Source: an uncultured delta proteobacterium (GTDB lineage: Bacteria; Desulfobacterota; Binatia; UBA9968). From it: a stretch of DNA of 64,000 nt. Shown piece after piece: positions 40,299-51,006 of this stretch. Where the stretch lies: the NCBI GenBank assembly GCA_963760795.1, contig CAVXEP010000010.1:1-64000 (forward strand). Direction: 5' to 3'. The translations under genes and the position numbers were made by a program. The notes beneath the pieces are model-generated. The model saw only the letters and a program-made list of their open reading frames with translations. It ran no database searches and was not told where the DNA came from. How positions within the stretch are numbered: position 1 is the stretch's first letter; every line of letters begins with the position of its first letter.

Positions 40299-42912
40299 GC
40301 CGCTCACCTTTTTCGACCCGGGCCGGCAAGGAAAAATAAAAGCTGCTGCCCTTGCCGAGTTCGCTTTCGACCCAGATGCGCCCGCCATGGGCTTCAACAA
40401 TCTTTTTGCAAATCACCAGCCCGATGCCGGTGCTGCGGCGCTGGCTCTTGTCACTGCTCGCCCCCTGGCCATACATTTGAAACATACGGCCGAGCTCATC
40501 GGCGGCCATGCCGAAGCCGGAGTCGCGCACGGAAACCACGATATCGCCTTCGCTCTGCCATGCCGACACCTCGATGACACCGCCGGAGCTGGTAAACTTG
40601 AGGGCGTTGCTCATTAAATTTGTCAGCACCTGTCCGACACGGCGGGAGTCCGCCCAGAGCACCGGCAGGCGCGCGTCAACCCGTGCGATTAGTTTAATTT
40701 CACGCTTCTCGGCTTCGATGGAGTATTCCGCCAAGTTTTCGTGAATTTGCGAACCGATACTCAACCGTTCGCGTTTGAGCTCCAGCTTGCCGGCATCGAT
40801 GCGCGAAAAATCCAGAAAATCACTCACCTGATCGATCAGGCCACGGCAGTTGTTTTCGATCTTACCCAGCCAGTTCCGTTGTAAATTGTTGACCTCTCCG
40901 AACAACCCTTCCTTCACCGACTCCGCCATCGAGACGATGTTGGCCAGCGGCGAACGAAGATCGTGAACCACCATTGCATTGAAATCGGCCAACTGCTTTT
41001 CGGCCTTTTTGCGCTCTTCGATTTCCCCCGCCAAGTTGTCAATCAGGGTGAGTGAAGACTTGTAGAGCTGGCCATTCTCGACGCCGAGGGCGATCTGTCG
41101 GGCCAGCGCCTTGAGAAATTGGCTATCGTCGACACCGAACGAGCGTGGAGCATTGTCGAGCAGAACCAAGGTGGTCCGGCCCCGGTCCTTGTGCATCATC
41201 GGTAAGATCGCCGTCGCTCCAATTCCATATTGCGGCCACAAGGCCGCGAGTTCCGGCACAGTAGTCACATCTTCGACGAACCACTCGCCGGTGCATTGGG
41301 TTGCCGCCGCTGCCAAATCATCGACCCATGGCCCGTGCAGCGCTTGAGCATCAGCCTGGCGGCTCGCCGAGACGGAATTGACCGCGCCATCGGCGCCGAT
41401 GCAATAAACAACCGCATGATCGCAGGGCACCAGCGCGACTAGCGTCGCAAGCGTCTGCGGCATGGTTTCCGCTAAGGACAGGCTTTCGGCGATTTCTTGA
41501 CTCACCGTCTGAAGAGTTTCCAGCTGGCGGGTGTGTATCACCATCTGTTCTTCACCTTTGCGCAACAGCGTAATGTCGCGGGTGATCGTCGCGGCACCGC
41601 GAACACTTCCCTGCGAATCGCGTATCGGTGACAGCGAAGCGGACACGGCAATGCGCCGGCCATCCCTACAGATGCGTTCGCTTTCGTAACGATTGATGCC
41701 CTTACCCAAGCTCACGATCTGCATCAGTTCAGAAATCTCGTCACGGTGTTCCGGCGGTGTCAGCACCGCGACATTCTGGCCGATGATGGTCGCGGCATCG
41801 TAGCCATACATCTGTTCGGCGCCGCCGTTCCAACTGGTGATCGCCCCATCGAGGGTCATGCCGACGATGCCGTCTTCAGAAGATTCGACGATGGCGCCCA
41901 ACCTGGCTCGGGTTTCTTGGACATCGCCGCGGTTTTTCAGGTATTCGACAACCGATTTACTACCGATGAACCAGGCCGCCCCGCTGGCCATCCCGGTGAG
42001 CATCGCGATCCAAAACAAGCTCCACAGCAACGTCTGATCGGCTTCCCGGTAGGCGATCGCCTTCGGCACGCCGACGATGACATGGAGCTGGCCGCGTGCG
42101 CGGCTGTCACCGACGGTTTTGAACGCATAGAGCCGCGTGATCCCGTCCAGACCGGCGATCTCTTTGGTGGTTTGATGGCGCAGCTGCATCAGTTCCAAGA
42201 GCGGCGCATCGGGCAGTTGCCTGCCGACCCATTCTTCATGATCGGGAACCCTGGTCAGGATCGTCCCGTTACTGTCGAGAATCGTCAGCGCCATGCCCGC
42301 TGACAGGTTACTCTCCGCGGTTAACTGGTCGATCTGTTTCATGTCTAGTGCCGAGTATAGGACCTCCCGGACGGCGCCGTTTTCATCCAGAATCGGATAT
42401 CCGAACGTGAGCGTCCGGCGCCGCCAGTTGCCGAGCACGTGGTGATCACCGATGACAAAGTCTTTAGTTGCAATGACTCGCCGCAGCAGCGTACTGCGTG
42501 CCAAGGCAACCGAGGAACCGAGGTCGCGGGCGCGACAGCGTGTCGCTCCCGTTGCGTCCAACACGCCAATATCCGAATAAGCCTGGTTCTTGTCTAACAG
42601 TCGGCGCACAACCTCGCCGCAGGCAACTCTATCGCCTCTGCCCATCTCCGGCGTCTGGGCCAGCAGAGTCAATAACTGCTTGGCCGCATCGACCACTTGC
42701 GACTGACGCAGCGCAATGACATTGGTAAGCCGCCAGGCCGCCTCATGCACCTCGAGAATTTGCACATCGCGGAGAACTTTCGCCTGGTACAAGATAACCG
42801 CAAGAATCGGCACCACGGCGACGGCAATCATCAGCAACAAACGCCGGCGCAACCGGCGCAAATACGGCCCTGTTGCTAACTCTGCGAATTTTTCAATCTG
42901 TAGCTTCGCCAA
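40285..42912 (-). CDS. Sensor histidine kinase (Cache-like, PAS, GAF, HisKA, HATPase)
   Basis: 2 [11 protein letters not shown]...[35 protein letters not shown]. Confidence 0.92.
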   Translation of the reverse strand: MAKLQIEKFAELATGPYLRRLRRRLLLMIAVAVVPILAVILYQAKVLRDVQILEVHEAAWRLTNVIALRQSQVVDAAKQLLTLLAQTPEMGRGDRVACGEVVRRLLDKNQAYSDIGVLDATGATRCRARDLGSSVALARSTLLRRVIATKDFVIGDHHVLGNWRRRTLTFGYPILDENGAVREVLYSALDMKQIDQLTAESNLSAGMALTILDSNGTILTRVPDHEEWVGRQLPDAPLLELMQLRHQTTKEIAGLDGITRLYAFKTVGDSRARGQLHVIVGVPKAIAYREADQTLLWSLFWIAMLTGMASGAAWFIGSKSVVEYLKNRGDVQETRARLGAIVESSEDGIVGMTLDGAITSWNGGAEQMYGYDAATIIGQNVAVLTPPEHRDEISELMQIVSLGKGINRYESERICRDGRRIAVSASLSPIRDSQGSVRGAATITRDITLLRKGEEQMVIHTRQLETLQTVSQEIAESLSLAETMPQTLATLVALVPCDHAVVYCIGADGAVNSVSASRQADAQALHGPWVDDLAAAATQCTGEWFVEDVTTVPELAALWPQYGIGATAILPMMHKDRGRTTLVLLDNAPRSFGVDDSQFLKALARQIALGVENGQLYKSSLTLIDNLAGEIEERKKAEKQLADFNAMVVHDLRSPLANIVSMAESVKEGLFGEVNNLQRNWLGKIENNCRGLIDQVSDFLDFSRIDAGKLELKRERLSIGSQIHENLAEYSIEAEKREIKLIARVDARLPVLWADSRRVGQVLTNLMSNALKFTSSGGVIEVSAWQSEGDIVVSVRDSGFGMAADELGRMFQMYGQGASSDKSQRRSTGIGLVICKKIVEAHGGRIWVESELGKGSSFYFSLPARVEKGERLIPA

Positions 42913-42997
42913 CTTTAGTCCCGCAGTCCGAGGGGTTCGCTAGTGGTCTATGTTGGTGGCACCCATGGCGATCTAACAGCTCGACAGGGTCGCAGGG

Positions 42998-43195
42998 TTA
43001 AGAGTGTGACTTACCTTCGCGGCTTTGGATCCAACTGATGAGCTGGCTTTCACGCAGGCGCCATTGGCCGCCGACTTTCAGTGCCGGCAGTTCGCCGCTG
43101 CGAATCATGCGTTGCAAAGTCTTGGTTGAGACATGGAGTAACTGAGCCGCTTCGGTGAGGGTCAGTAGCTGCAGGGATTCGTTAGGTCTTTCCAT
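42998..43195 (-). CDS. Excisionase-like HTH_17 DNA-binding protein
   Basis: LLTLTEAAQLLHVSTKTLQRMIRSGELPALKVGGQWR. Confidence 0.88.
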   Translation of the reverse strand: MERPNESLQLLTLTEAAQLLHVSTKTLQRMIRSGELPALKVGGQWRLRESQLISWIQSREGKSHS

Positions 43196-43218
43196 AGGTT
43201 TAGCGTTTGTCTATCAAC

Positions 43219-43300
43219 GCAATGGCAATGCCAGGTGACAAAAACCTAAGCTCTTGTATTTTAAGCTTTTTATCAGGGAGCGATGGTGCGATTTAGCACC
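43219..43300 (-). promoter_or_regulatory. sigma54 promoter with IHF-like site and upstream palindrome
   Basis: TGGCAT-N5-TTGC (43219-43233); ATACAAGAGCTTA (43247-43259); GGTGC-N6-GCACC (43285-43300). Confidence 0.6.
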
Positions 43301-43514
43301 CTTGGCAACAAATTTGAACAAGTCGATACTGCGGGGGCCAATAGCGGGCGGCGCGGTCAAATCTGCGCCGCAGCGCAGCACATTGCCGGCCAAAACTAGC
43401 TCAATGTGACCCCATCCACAGAGTACGCCGGATGGAATCGGGCTAAGCGGAAAACCCAGGTAACGATGATTACCGCGATGTCCTGGAAAGCGGTTTAGAT
43501 CGATGCAGGAAGCA

Positions 43515-45446
43515 TCACTGGCGGTAGAGTAGCGCCCCAGCGTTGGTGGTGTCGTAGCCGCCCAAAGCGCTGACCGCGCCCTTGAAGCCGCCAGAACAGA
43601 TCGTCGCCAGCAGCAACTCGCCGCGCGGAGATTCGAAAAATCGCCGCGCGATGAGCAAGTCATATTGCTCGTTGGCGACGGGAATGAAGTCCAATGCCAA
43701 CGCCTGCGCCGCGGCGCGCACACCTAAACCGGCATCGGCCAAGCCGCTCGCCACCGCAACGCCAACCGCCATGTGAGTAAACTCTTCGCGCTCGTACCCG
43801 GCGATCGCTGCGCCCTCGATGTTTAGCTTCTTGAGTTCGAAATCCAATAATACCCGCGTGCCCGAGCCCGGCTGGCGATTGACGAAGCGAATATCGTGAC
43901 GCGCAAGGTCCTGCAAGCCGCGCAGCGCTTTCGGATTGCCGCGGCTGACGATGATGCCCTGCTCGCGCTGCGCCAGATGAACCAGGACGACCGGAACATT
44001 GGGAATCGCCCGCTGAATATCTGGAATGTTGTAGACGCCGCTGGCGGGATCGAGCAGATGAGTGCCGGCGATGTGAGTCTCGCCCCGCTGCATGGCGAGC
44101 AAGCCGCCCAAGCTGCCAACGTTAGCGGCGGCAATTTTCAATTCCGCATGGCGCAGTTTAAGTTGGTCTTCGAGCACGCCAATCGCCAGATCATGGCTGC
44201 CGGTGCAGAGAATCGTGTTCTCGACATCGACCATCGGCCGCAATAGTTCAACTTCGGCGGTTTCGCCGGCGTTGAGCCCTTCGACCAAACTGGCGATGCG
44301 CATCAAGCCGTCGGCATGCACCATCGTGGTGATCACGCCGGCGCCGCGCGCCAAAGGCACGGCGACCAATTTCTCGCCGACCCGACCCAAGGTCACGCGA
44401 ATGAACTCTTCCAAACCCAAATGAGAGGCGATTTTTTTCGGCACGATGGCGCGCACCGCCGGCAACATCGGCGCGGTATTGCCGAGAAACTTTTCCAAGG
44501 CCGGACGGAGAATTTCGCGGGCAATGACGATCGCCGACACCGGGTAACCCGGCACGCCGAGCACCGGCTTGCCATTGAGAGAACCGAGCACAGCGGGCTT
44601 GCCCGGCATCACGTCGATGCCATGGGCGAGCAATTCGCCGGCGGCGGCCACCACATCGGCGGTGAGATCATGCTCCCCCGCGGAAGAGCCGGCGATAATC
44701 GTCACCAGATCGCACTCGGCACCGGCGCGCTCGAGCGCCGCCCGCAGCAACTGCTCATCGTCGCGGGCGCGCGAATACCTGACCGGCATACCGCCCCATT
44801 CGCGGACGAAAGCCGCCAGCACCGTCGAATTGAAATCGATCACCGCGCCGGGCGTGGCTTCCTCGCCAGGTTGAATCAGCTCATCACCGGTGGGAATGAT
44901 GCCGACCCGAGGCCGCGCCTTGACCCGCACCGTCGTATGACCGGCCGCCAACAACGCGCCCAAATCGTAGGGGCGCAGCCGATGGGAACGGGGCAACAGC
45001 AGCTCGGTGGCGACGACATCTTCACCGACCAAGCGCACATGATTCCACGGCGCCACCGATTCGAAAATCTCGATGGTGGTCGCATCGACCTGGTGCACTT
45101 TCTCGATCATGATGACGGCGTTGGCCCAGGCCGGCAGCGCGTTGCCGGTATCGACATAACGAAAAGCATCGGCACGAGGAGAATCGGAATCGATCAGTGT
45201 GAGTTTCTTGGCGACGAACTCTGTCGCACCGAAGGTCTCTTCCGCGCGCACGCAGATCCCATCCATCGCCGAGGCATGATAATGCGGCGAGGAGATCTTG
45301 GCGAACACTGGCTCGGCGGTAATCCGGTCGAGGGCGTCGTCGATGGCAATCTCTTCGATCGCTAACGCCGCCGGGTTGACCGTCGACAAAAATAGCTCGC
45401 GCGCTTCGCTGAGCGGCGTTTTCTTTAAATATCTCTTACGCGCCAT
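43515..45446 (-). CDS. moeA: MoeA fused to a periplasmic-binding-protein-like domain
   Basis: SAMDG, VDTG, PTGDEL, MPGKP, PGYPVS; C-terminal GSHD, GSLGGL, NRQPGSGTR. Confidence 0.93.
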   Translation of the reverse strand: MARKRYLKKTPLSEARELFLSTVNPAALAIEEIAIDDALDRITAEPVFAKISSPHYHASAMDGICVRAEETFGATEFVAKKLTLIDSDSPRADAFRYVDTGNALPAWANAVIMIEKVHQVDATTIEIFESVAPWNHVRLVGEDVVATELLLPRSHRLRPYDLGALLAAGHTTVRVKARPRVGIIPTGDELIQPGEEATPGAVIDFNSTVLAAFVREWGGMPVRYSRARDDEQLLRAALERAGAECDLVTIIAGSSAGEHDLTADVVAAAGELLAHGIDVMPGKPAVLGSLNGKPVLGVPGYPVSAIVIAREILRPALEKFLGNTAPMLPAVRAIVPKKIASHLGLEEFIRVTLGRVGEKLVAVPLARGAGVITTMVHADGLMRIASLVEGLNAGETAEVELLRPMVDVENTILCTGSHDLAIGVLEDQLKLRHAELKIAAANVGSLGGLLAMQRGETHIAGTHLLDPASGVYNIPDIQRAIPNVPVVLVHLAQREQGIIVSRGNPKALRGLQDLARHDIRFVNRQPGSGTRVLLDFELKKLNIEGAAIAGYEREEFTHMAVGVAVASGLADAGLGVRAAAQALALDFIPVANEQYDLLIARRFFESPRGELLLATICSGGFKGAVSALGGYDTTNAGALLYRQ

Positions 45447-45495
45447 AAGCCCATTTGTTGGTTCGCAGCTCTATTCTCTGCGCTGACGCTGATCG

Positions 45496-46731
45496 TTAGA
45501 ACAGGATCACATCCACTTCCTCGCCCTGTTCGAGGCCATCTTGATTCATGCCGATGCGCACCATGCCGTCGGCCTTGACCAGAGTGAAAATCGCTCCCGA
45601 CTTACTCGGTAACGGCGTCGCGACAAAGCTCGCACCCTCACCTTCCATGACGACGCGGACGTAGTCCTCTCGGCCGATCTGCGAAGCGATGTTGGTCTTT
45701 AACTTCGCGCGCACGGTGTGACTGAAACGCTGCAAAGCGTCACGGCTCTCGCCGCCCAAGCGGCGCAGCATCGGTGCGCCGAACAAATCGAAGATCACCA
45801 GAGCGGAAACCGGATAGCCCGGCAATCCGAGGATCGGCTTGCCGCATGCTTTGGCGAAGATCGTCGGCTTGCCTGGCGCGATGGAGATGCCATGGAAAAT
45901 AAATTGCGAATCGGGAAACGACAGGATCGTTTCCAAGGCGATATCCTTGGCGCCCATGGAGCTACCGCCCGAAAGCAGCACGGCGTCCGCCCAATCGAGT
46001 GCTGCACCGATCGCCGCGGTCAACTGCGCGCGATCGTCGCGGATCACGCCCCAATCTTTGAGTTCGCTGCCAGCTTCTTCAATCAAGCCCGCCAGCGAGT
46101 GCTGGTTGATGTTACGCACCTGCCCGGGCAGCGGGTCAATTTCTGCATCGACAATCTCGTCGCCGGTGGAGATCAGCGCGACACGCGGCCGCCGATAAAC
46201 TGCAATCGATGCAATGCCGACGCCGGTAAGCGCGCCCAAATCATGGCCGCGCAGCCGCCGTCCTTGAGAAAAAACCGGCTCGCCTTTTTTGATATCGTCG
46301 CCGATTTGAATGACATTTTGCCCGGGTGACACGGCGCGATGGATTTCCACCAAGCCGCCGTCGGTTTCATCGGTGTACTCAACCATCACCACGGCGTCGC
46401 CATCAGGCGGCATCATGCCGCCAGTGGAAATGCGAATCGCTTCGCCTTTGTTGAGCGGCTGAGTCGCCTCTTTGCCCATCTCGACGACGCCGGCCAATTT
46501 TAAATAAGCCGGCAAGCTTTGACTCGCGCCAAAAGTATCTTTCGCTTTAACCGCGTAGCCGTCCATCGCCGCGCGGTGAAAATGCGGCAGATCCACCTGC
46601 GAGAAGAGATCTTCGGCCAGAACTCGACTTCTGGCGCGAACGGTCGCCACTCTTTCCGTCCCCACCGGAAGCACCTCGAGAAGAATGCGTCTGGCCTCCT
46701 GCGGCGGCTCAACTTTAAAAAAATCTTTCAG
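45496..46731 (-). CDS. moeA: Molybdopterin molybdo/tungsto-transferase MoeA, apparent CTG start
   Basis: RAAMDGYAV, ISTGG, STGDE, SGGSS, PGKPT, GRED; frame open up to CTG at 46731 after GAGGGGG. Confidence 0.93.
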   Translation of the reverse strand: MKDFFKVEPPQEARRILLEVLPVGTERVATVRARSRVLAEDLFSQVDLPHFHRAAMDGYAVKAKDTFGASQSLPAYLKLAGVVEMGKEATQPLNKGEAIRISTGGMMPPDGDAVVMVEYTDETDGGLVEIHRAVSPGQNVIQIGDDIKKGEPVFSQGRRLRGHDLGALTGVGIASIAVYRRPRVALISTGDEIVDAEIDPLPGQVRNINQHSLAGLIEEAGSELKDWGVIRDDRAQLTAAIGAALDWADAVLLSGGSSMGAKDIALETILSFPDSQFIFHGISIAPGKPTIFAKACGKPILGLPGYPVSALVIFDLFGAPMLRRLGGESRDALQRFSHTVRAKLKTNIASQIGREDYVRVVMEGEGASFVATPLPSKSGAIFTLVKADGMVRIGMNQDGLEQGEEVDVILF

Positions 46732-46852
46732 ATAGCCCCCTCATGGCGGCTTATATAGAAACACTTTTGTGAACGCAAGGTAAAGCGCTGCGTGGGTTGC
46801 ATGGAACCTTTATGTCTTTCAATAATTCCATGCCTAGGATAGATGTGGCGCA

Positions 46853-47836
46853 GTGAACCAGACACGGGGAGAAGAAGCGACAGCGGTCATCCTGGCCGGC
46901 GGCAAAAGCTCGCGCATGGGTCAACCGAAAGCGCTTTTGCTCTTTGCCGGCGAGCCGTTGATCGTTCACATGGTTCGTCGACTTGGCCAATTGTTTAGCG
47001 ACACCGTTGTGGTCGCCGCTCCCGAACAGGAGCTGCCGGCGCTGCCATCGACGATCGTGCGCGACGATGTCGCGTATCAGGGCCCCGTCGGCGGCATCTA
47101 TTATGGGCTTAAAGCCGCGCGCCGAGAAATTTGTTTTGTCACTTCCTGCGACGCCCCGTTTCTGAATCTGCGCTTGATCGCTTATCTCATGGCGCAGATC
47201 TCAGACTACGATGTGGTGGTTCCCTTCACCCAGGACCGCTTTCAGCCGCTGCACGCGGTCTATCGCAAACAGGTGGCGCCACTTTTAAAAGAACAACTAG
47301 AGCGCGGTGAGCTGCGGCCGATTTTTCTCTACGACAAAGTCCGTACCCGCAAGATCACCGAAGCTGAAATGCACCCCCATGATCCGGAGGGGTTGAGCTT
47401 TCTCAACATGAATACGCCGGAAGACTATCAAGCCGCCTTGGCAAGCTGGAACGAGAGACAGAGATTCGAGATGGAGACCGGTCAAGACAGACAGAGAATT
47501 GAGATAGAGACCGCCACCGCCCCTTCTGTCTCCGACTCTCTCTCTGTCTCTAACTCTATCGCCGTCACCGTGGAACTTTTTGGCGTGGCCCAGCTACTCG
47601 CGAAGACCAAGGATGTTCCATTGTCGTTACCGCCACAGGCCACGCTGTCCGATGTTTGTCAGGCGCTTGCGGCCGAGCACCCAGTCTTGCTCGGCCGGGT
47701 CATCAATCCGAACCGGTGTAGCCTCTCGAGCGGCTATGCTTGCAACATTAACGGGCTTGAGTTTGTCAAAAATTCCAACACCAAGGTCAATCCAGGAGAT
47801 AAGATATTTATTCTTTCGGCGGATGCCGGAGGCTGA
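46853..47836 (+). CDS. mobA: MobA guanylyltransferase fused to a C-terminal MoaD/ThiS domain
   Basis: LAGGKSSRMG, GPVGG, CDAP, QPLHAVY, NMNTPED; then VTVELFG...ADAGG C-terminus. Confidence 0.88.
   Translation: MNQTRGEEATAVILAGGKSSRMGQPKALLLFAGEPLIVHMVRRLGQLFSDTVVVAAPEQELPALPSTIVRDDVAYQGPVGGIYYGLKAARREICFVTSCDAPFLNLRLIAYLMAQISDYDVVVPFTQDRFQPLHAVYRKQVAPLLKEQLERGELRPIFLYDKVRTRKITEAEMHPHDPEGLSFLNMNTPEDYQAALASWNERQRFEMETGQDRQRIEIETATAPSVSDSLSVSNSIAVTVELFGVAQLLAKTKDVPLSLPPQATLSDVCQALAAEHPVLLGRVINPNRCSLSSGYACNINGLEFVKNSNTKVNPGDKIFILSADAGG
47453..47560. repeat. In-frame GAGACA/TGTCTC-type inverted repeat forming the MobA-MoaD linker
   Basis: Purine-rich arm GAGAGACAGAGA...GAGATAGAGAC, pyrimidine-rich arm TCTGTCTCCGACTCTCTCTCTGTCTCTAACTCTATC. 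Confidence 0.7.
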
Positions 47837-47839
47837 GCC

Positions 47840-49697
47840 ATGTATGGCTTTCACGGACGACTGCTCCATATCGATCTGAATTGCGGCACGAGTTCGTGGC
47901 GCGAGCTTGAGGAGTCGCGCCTGCGCGCATTCCTTGGCGGCATCGGACTAGGCACGAGCCTGCTCTACGAATTCGCGCCTGCAGGAGTCGATCCCTTTGC
48001 GCCCGCCAACCCGCTGATTTTCACCAGCGCGCCATTGGTCGGCACCGGTCTGACGACCACGGCGAAATTCGCCGTAGTGACGAAATCCCCGCTCACCGGC
48101 TTTATCGCCGACTCGCTGTCGTCGAGCCACTTCGCCCTCGAGCTCAAGCGCGTCGGTCTCGACGCTCTGGTGATCACCGGCCAGGCATCGTCGATGGTGT
48201 ACATCTTGATCCAAAATGACAGAGTCGAGATTAGACAAGCTGAAAACCTGAGAGGACACAGCCCGAGCGAAACCGAAACCATGATTCGCTCGGAGCTGAG
48301 CTCTCAGTCAATGCGCGTGGCGGCCATCGGTAAAGCCGGCGAGAACCTCGTGCGCTTCGCCACCATCAGCAACGAAGGGCGTCACGCCGGGCGCGGCGGG
48401 GTCGGCGCGGTGATGGGGTCGAAGAATCTCAAAGCCATCGCTCTGTGCGGCGACCGCGAGATTTCGGTGGCCGATCCAAGCGGCGTTGAGGCAATCGCCG
48501 GCTCCCTGCGCCGCCAGAGTCTTGGCTCGCTCACCGACAAGTACCGAAATATCGGCACCGTGGCCAACCTGGCGGTATTCAACCGGCTGGGAACTTTGCC
48601 GACGCGCAATTTCCAGCAGTCGACCTTTGACCACGCTGAGGCGTTGAGCGGGGAAACTCTCACCGTCAACAACTTCAGCCGCCGGCATGGCTGCGCATCC
48701 TGCACGATCCAATGTGAGCGGCTGTTCAAAGCTCTCAACGGCGAGGAGCAGCGGCTCGAATACGAAACTTTATTCGCGCTCGGGCCGCTCTGTGGCATCA
48801 AAGATCCGCAGGCGGTGCTCCACGCCGCGCAGCTCTGCGACCAATATGGCATGGACACCATCAGCACCGGCGGCACCCTCGCCTGGGCGATGGAGTGCAG
48901 CGAGAGAGGATTGTTGCCCGAAGCGGCAGAGCTCGACCTGCGCTTCGGTCAATGCGACGCTCTTTTCGCCGCCATCGGTGCTATCGCTGAGCGCCAAGGC
49001 ATCGGTGCTTTACTCGCCGAAGGCTCGCGCCGCGCCGCCATCGAAACCGGTCCAGATACTCAGTGTTGGGCGATGCATGTCAAAGGCTTGGAGCTTCCGG
49101 GCTATGAACCGCGCAGCTTGAAAACCATGGCTCTGGGTCTCGCGGTTAGCCCGCGCGGCGCCTGCCACAATCGCTCCGGCGCCTACGAGGCCGACTTTTC
49201 CGGCGATGTCGATCGTCTGCGATCCGACCCCGGCAGAGGCTCCCTTGTCGCCGCCTCCGAGGATTTCGCCGCCGTGCTCGATTCGCTGATCGTCTGTAAA
49301 TTCCTGCGCAAGTGCTTCAGCGACTTTTACCGCGAAGGCGCCGAACTGCTCAGCAAAGTCACCGGCTGGGATTGTTCCAGCGACGAGCTCAAACGCATCG
49401 GCGAACGCATTCATAACTTGAAAAAACTCTTCAATCAGCGCGAGGGCTGGCGCGCCGAAGACGACTGGCTGCCGGAGCGGCTGCTGCAGCGAAACCCTTC
49501 CCACCGGCGTCGCCCAGGGCGTGGGCCTAAGCGCCAACGATCTCCGCGAGATGATTGGCGGCTATTACCAAGCAAGGGGCTGGGATGAGAATGGGTTTAT
49601 TCCTCAGAGCAAGCTAAGGGAGCTAGGAATTGAAGCTCCGGATTCGAGTCTCGGGTTTCGGGTTGTCAACCCGAAACTCCGGAACTCGAATCTCTAA
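47840..49697 (+). CDS. aor: Aldehyde:ferredoxin oxidoreductase family (W-pterin) protein, frameshift near 49486
   Basis: KSPLTG, GRGGVGAVMGSKNLKA, CASCTIQC, EYET, GMDTIS, VKGLE, RGACH, DSLIVCKF; shifted frame gives YYQARGWD. Confidence 0.93.
49639..49693. repeat. Heptamer-type palindrome inside the aor 3' end
   Basis: GATTCGAGTCTCGGGTTTCGGGTT ... AACCCGAAACTCCGGAACTCGAATC. Confidence 0.7.
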
Positions 49698-49722
49698 ACC
49701 GCGACCATGAAAGGGGGAAACC

Positions 49723-49902
49723 ATGCCCACCGATGAAACGCGACGCGTCCTGAAAGTGTTCGGCGTTGCCGTGACTGCATTCGAGGATGCGGTCGATAAA
49801 GGTGCAGCGCCCGAGGAGCTAAAAAAGGCTGACGCCGAGCTCAAGCTACGGCTCGAAGAAGCTACCGCCCTCATTGAGCGCCTGCGCGCGCGGTTGAAGT
49901 AA
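49723..49902 (+). CDS. 59-aa helical hypothetical protein
   Basis: AAGGGGG SD; MPTDETRRVLKVFGVAVTAFEDAVDKGAAPEELKKADAELKLRLEEATALIERLRARLK*; below the track cutoff. Confidence 0.7.
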   Translation: MPTDETRRVLKVFGVAVTAFEDAVDKGAAPEELKKADAELKLRLEEATALIERLRARLK

Positions 49903-50091
49903 TCCAGGATCTCCAACTGTAACCCTGCCACAGTGTGCCCCCGTCTTGCGGTCTCGTAGCGCGGACTGAAGCCGCAATTTCAACTCATATTCTGGGTTAG
50001 TTATTGTCAGTAAAAGTTATTTTTTGTAATTCTTGTTGCATTTTCTCCCAAATCGGCAATAAAGAAGAGCCGCAATCTCTCGGCGGTCGCA

Positions 50092-50991
50092 ATGAACGAA
50101 TTCTTAAATACGAAGGAAGTGGCGAAGTACATCGGGATCAATGAGAAGAAGGTCTATTTCATGGCCAAGGCCGGCAAGCTCCCATGTACGCGGGTCACCG
50201 GAAAGTGGGTTTTCCCTAAGCGGCTGATCGATGAATGGATCGAGGAAAATAGCCGGGGTATCACCAGCAGCAAAAAAACGGAGCAAAGAGAATTTCTTCT
50301 CGCGGCGGGCAGCGATGACCCGAGCCTCGGGATTCTGCGCGAACTCTACGCGGCTCGCAAGACATCTGCATCGATCTTTTTCGCGACTTCCGGAAGCAGC
50401 GGCGGATTGGCCGCGCTCCGAGACGGCGTCGCGGACTTCGCCCTATCTCATCTGCTCGATCCTGAAACCGGCGAGTACAATCTCCCCTTCGTCCGCACAA
50501 CGATTTCCTCAGGTGTCGCGCTCGTCCCGTTATTCCACCGTGAACTCGGCCTATTGCTCGGAGCGGGAAATCCTCTCGGTCTGCGAACGCTTGCCGACCT
50601 TGGACGGACCGGCGTCCGGATGATCAACCGGCAAGCAGGCTCTGGAACGCGCCACTACACGGACCAACAATTTTCCAAACTCGGCATCGACACGAAAAGC
50701 ATCAAGGGATACGACATGGCCGTCGCCACCCACCTCGAAGTCGGGTTGAAAATTCTCCGCGCAGAGGCCGACGTCGGAATCGCCTCGGGTACGGCCGCTC
50801 AGCTGCTCGGCCTCGACTTCATTCCTCTCACCCGGGAGCGATTCGATATCGTGATCCCCAAAGCGCGCTTCTTCTCTCCGGGCATTCAGGTCTTGCTCGA
50901 GATCGTCGGATCGCGCGATTTCCGCAGCCGCGTGGAAGCGTTGGGCGGCTATGACACCTCTGACTCCGGCCGGATGATCGCGTCAAGTTAA
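50092..50991 (+). CDS. HTH_17 plus PBP-domain regulator (molybdate/tungstate sensing type)
   Basis: FLNTKEVAKYI...VTGKWVF; GSDD, GSSGGL, NRQAGSGTR. Confidence 0.88.
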   Translation: MNEFLNTKEVAKYIGINEKKVYFMAKAGKLPCTRVTGKWVFPKRLIDEWIEENSRGITSSKKTEQREFLLAAGSDDPSLGILRELYAARKTSASIFFATSGSSGGLAALRDGVADFALSHLLDPETGEYNLPFVRTTISSGVALVPLFHRELGLLLGAGNPLGLRTLADLGRTGVRMINRQAGSGTRHYTDQQFSKLGIDTKSIKGYDMAVATHLEVGLKILRAEADVGIASGTAAQLLGLDFIPLTRERFDIVIPKARFFSPGIQVLLEIVGSRDFRSRVEALGGYDTSDSGRMIASS

Positions 50992-51006
50992 ATCGAGGAA
51001 GTGGTT

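Noticed and set aside
42998-43195. Prophage or ICE excisionase
   Set aside because: No integrase, att site, tRNA or phage genes nearby; HTH_17 proteins are often plain regulators
44316-45365. Long antisense ORFs (349 aa here; also 32440-33258, 57377-58270, 10340-11146)
   Set aside because: They mirror well-supported genes on the other strand, as expected from high-GC codon bias, and show no motifs
49995-50025. AGTTATT direct repeat as the operator of the HTH-PBP regulator
   Set aside because: Only two 7-mers in an AT-rich promoter, and I did not find them at the other tungsten-gene promoters
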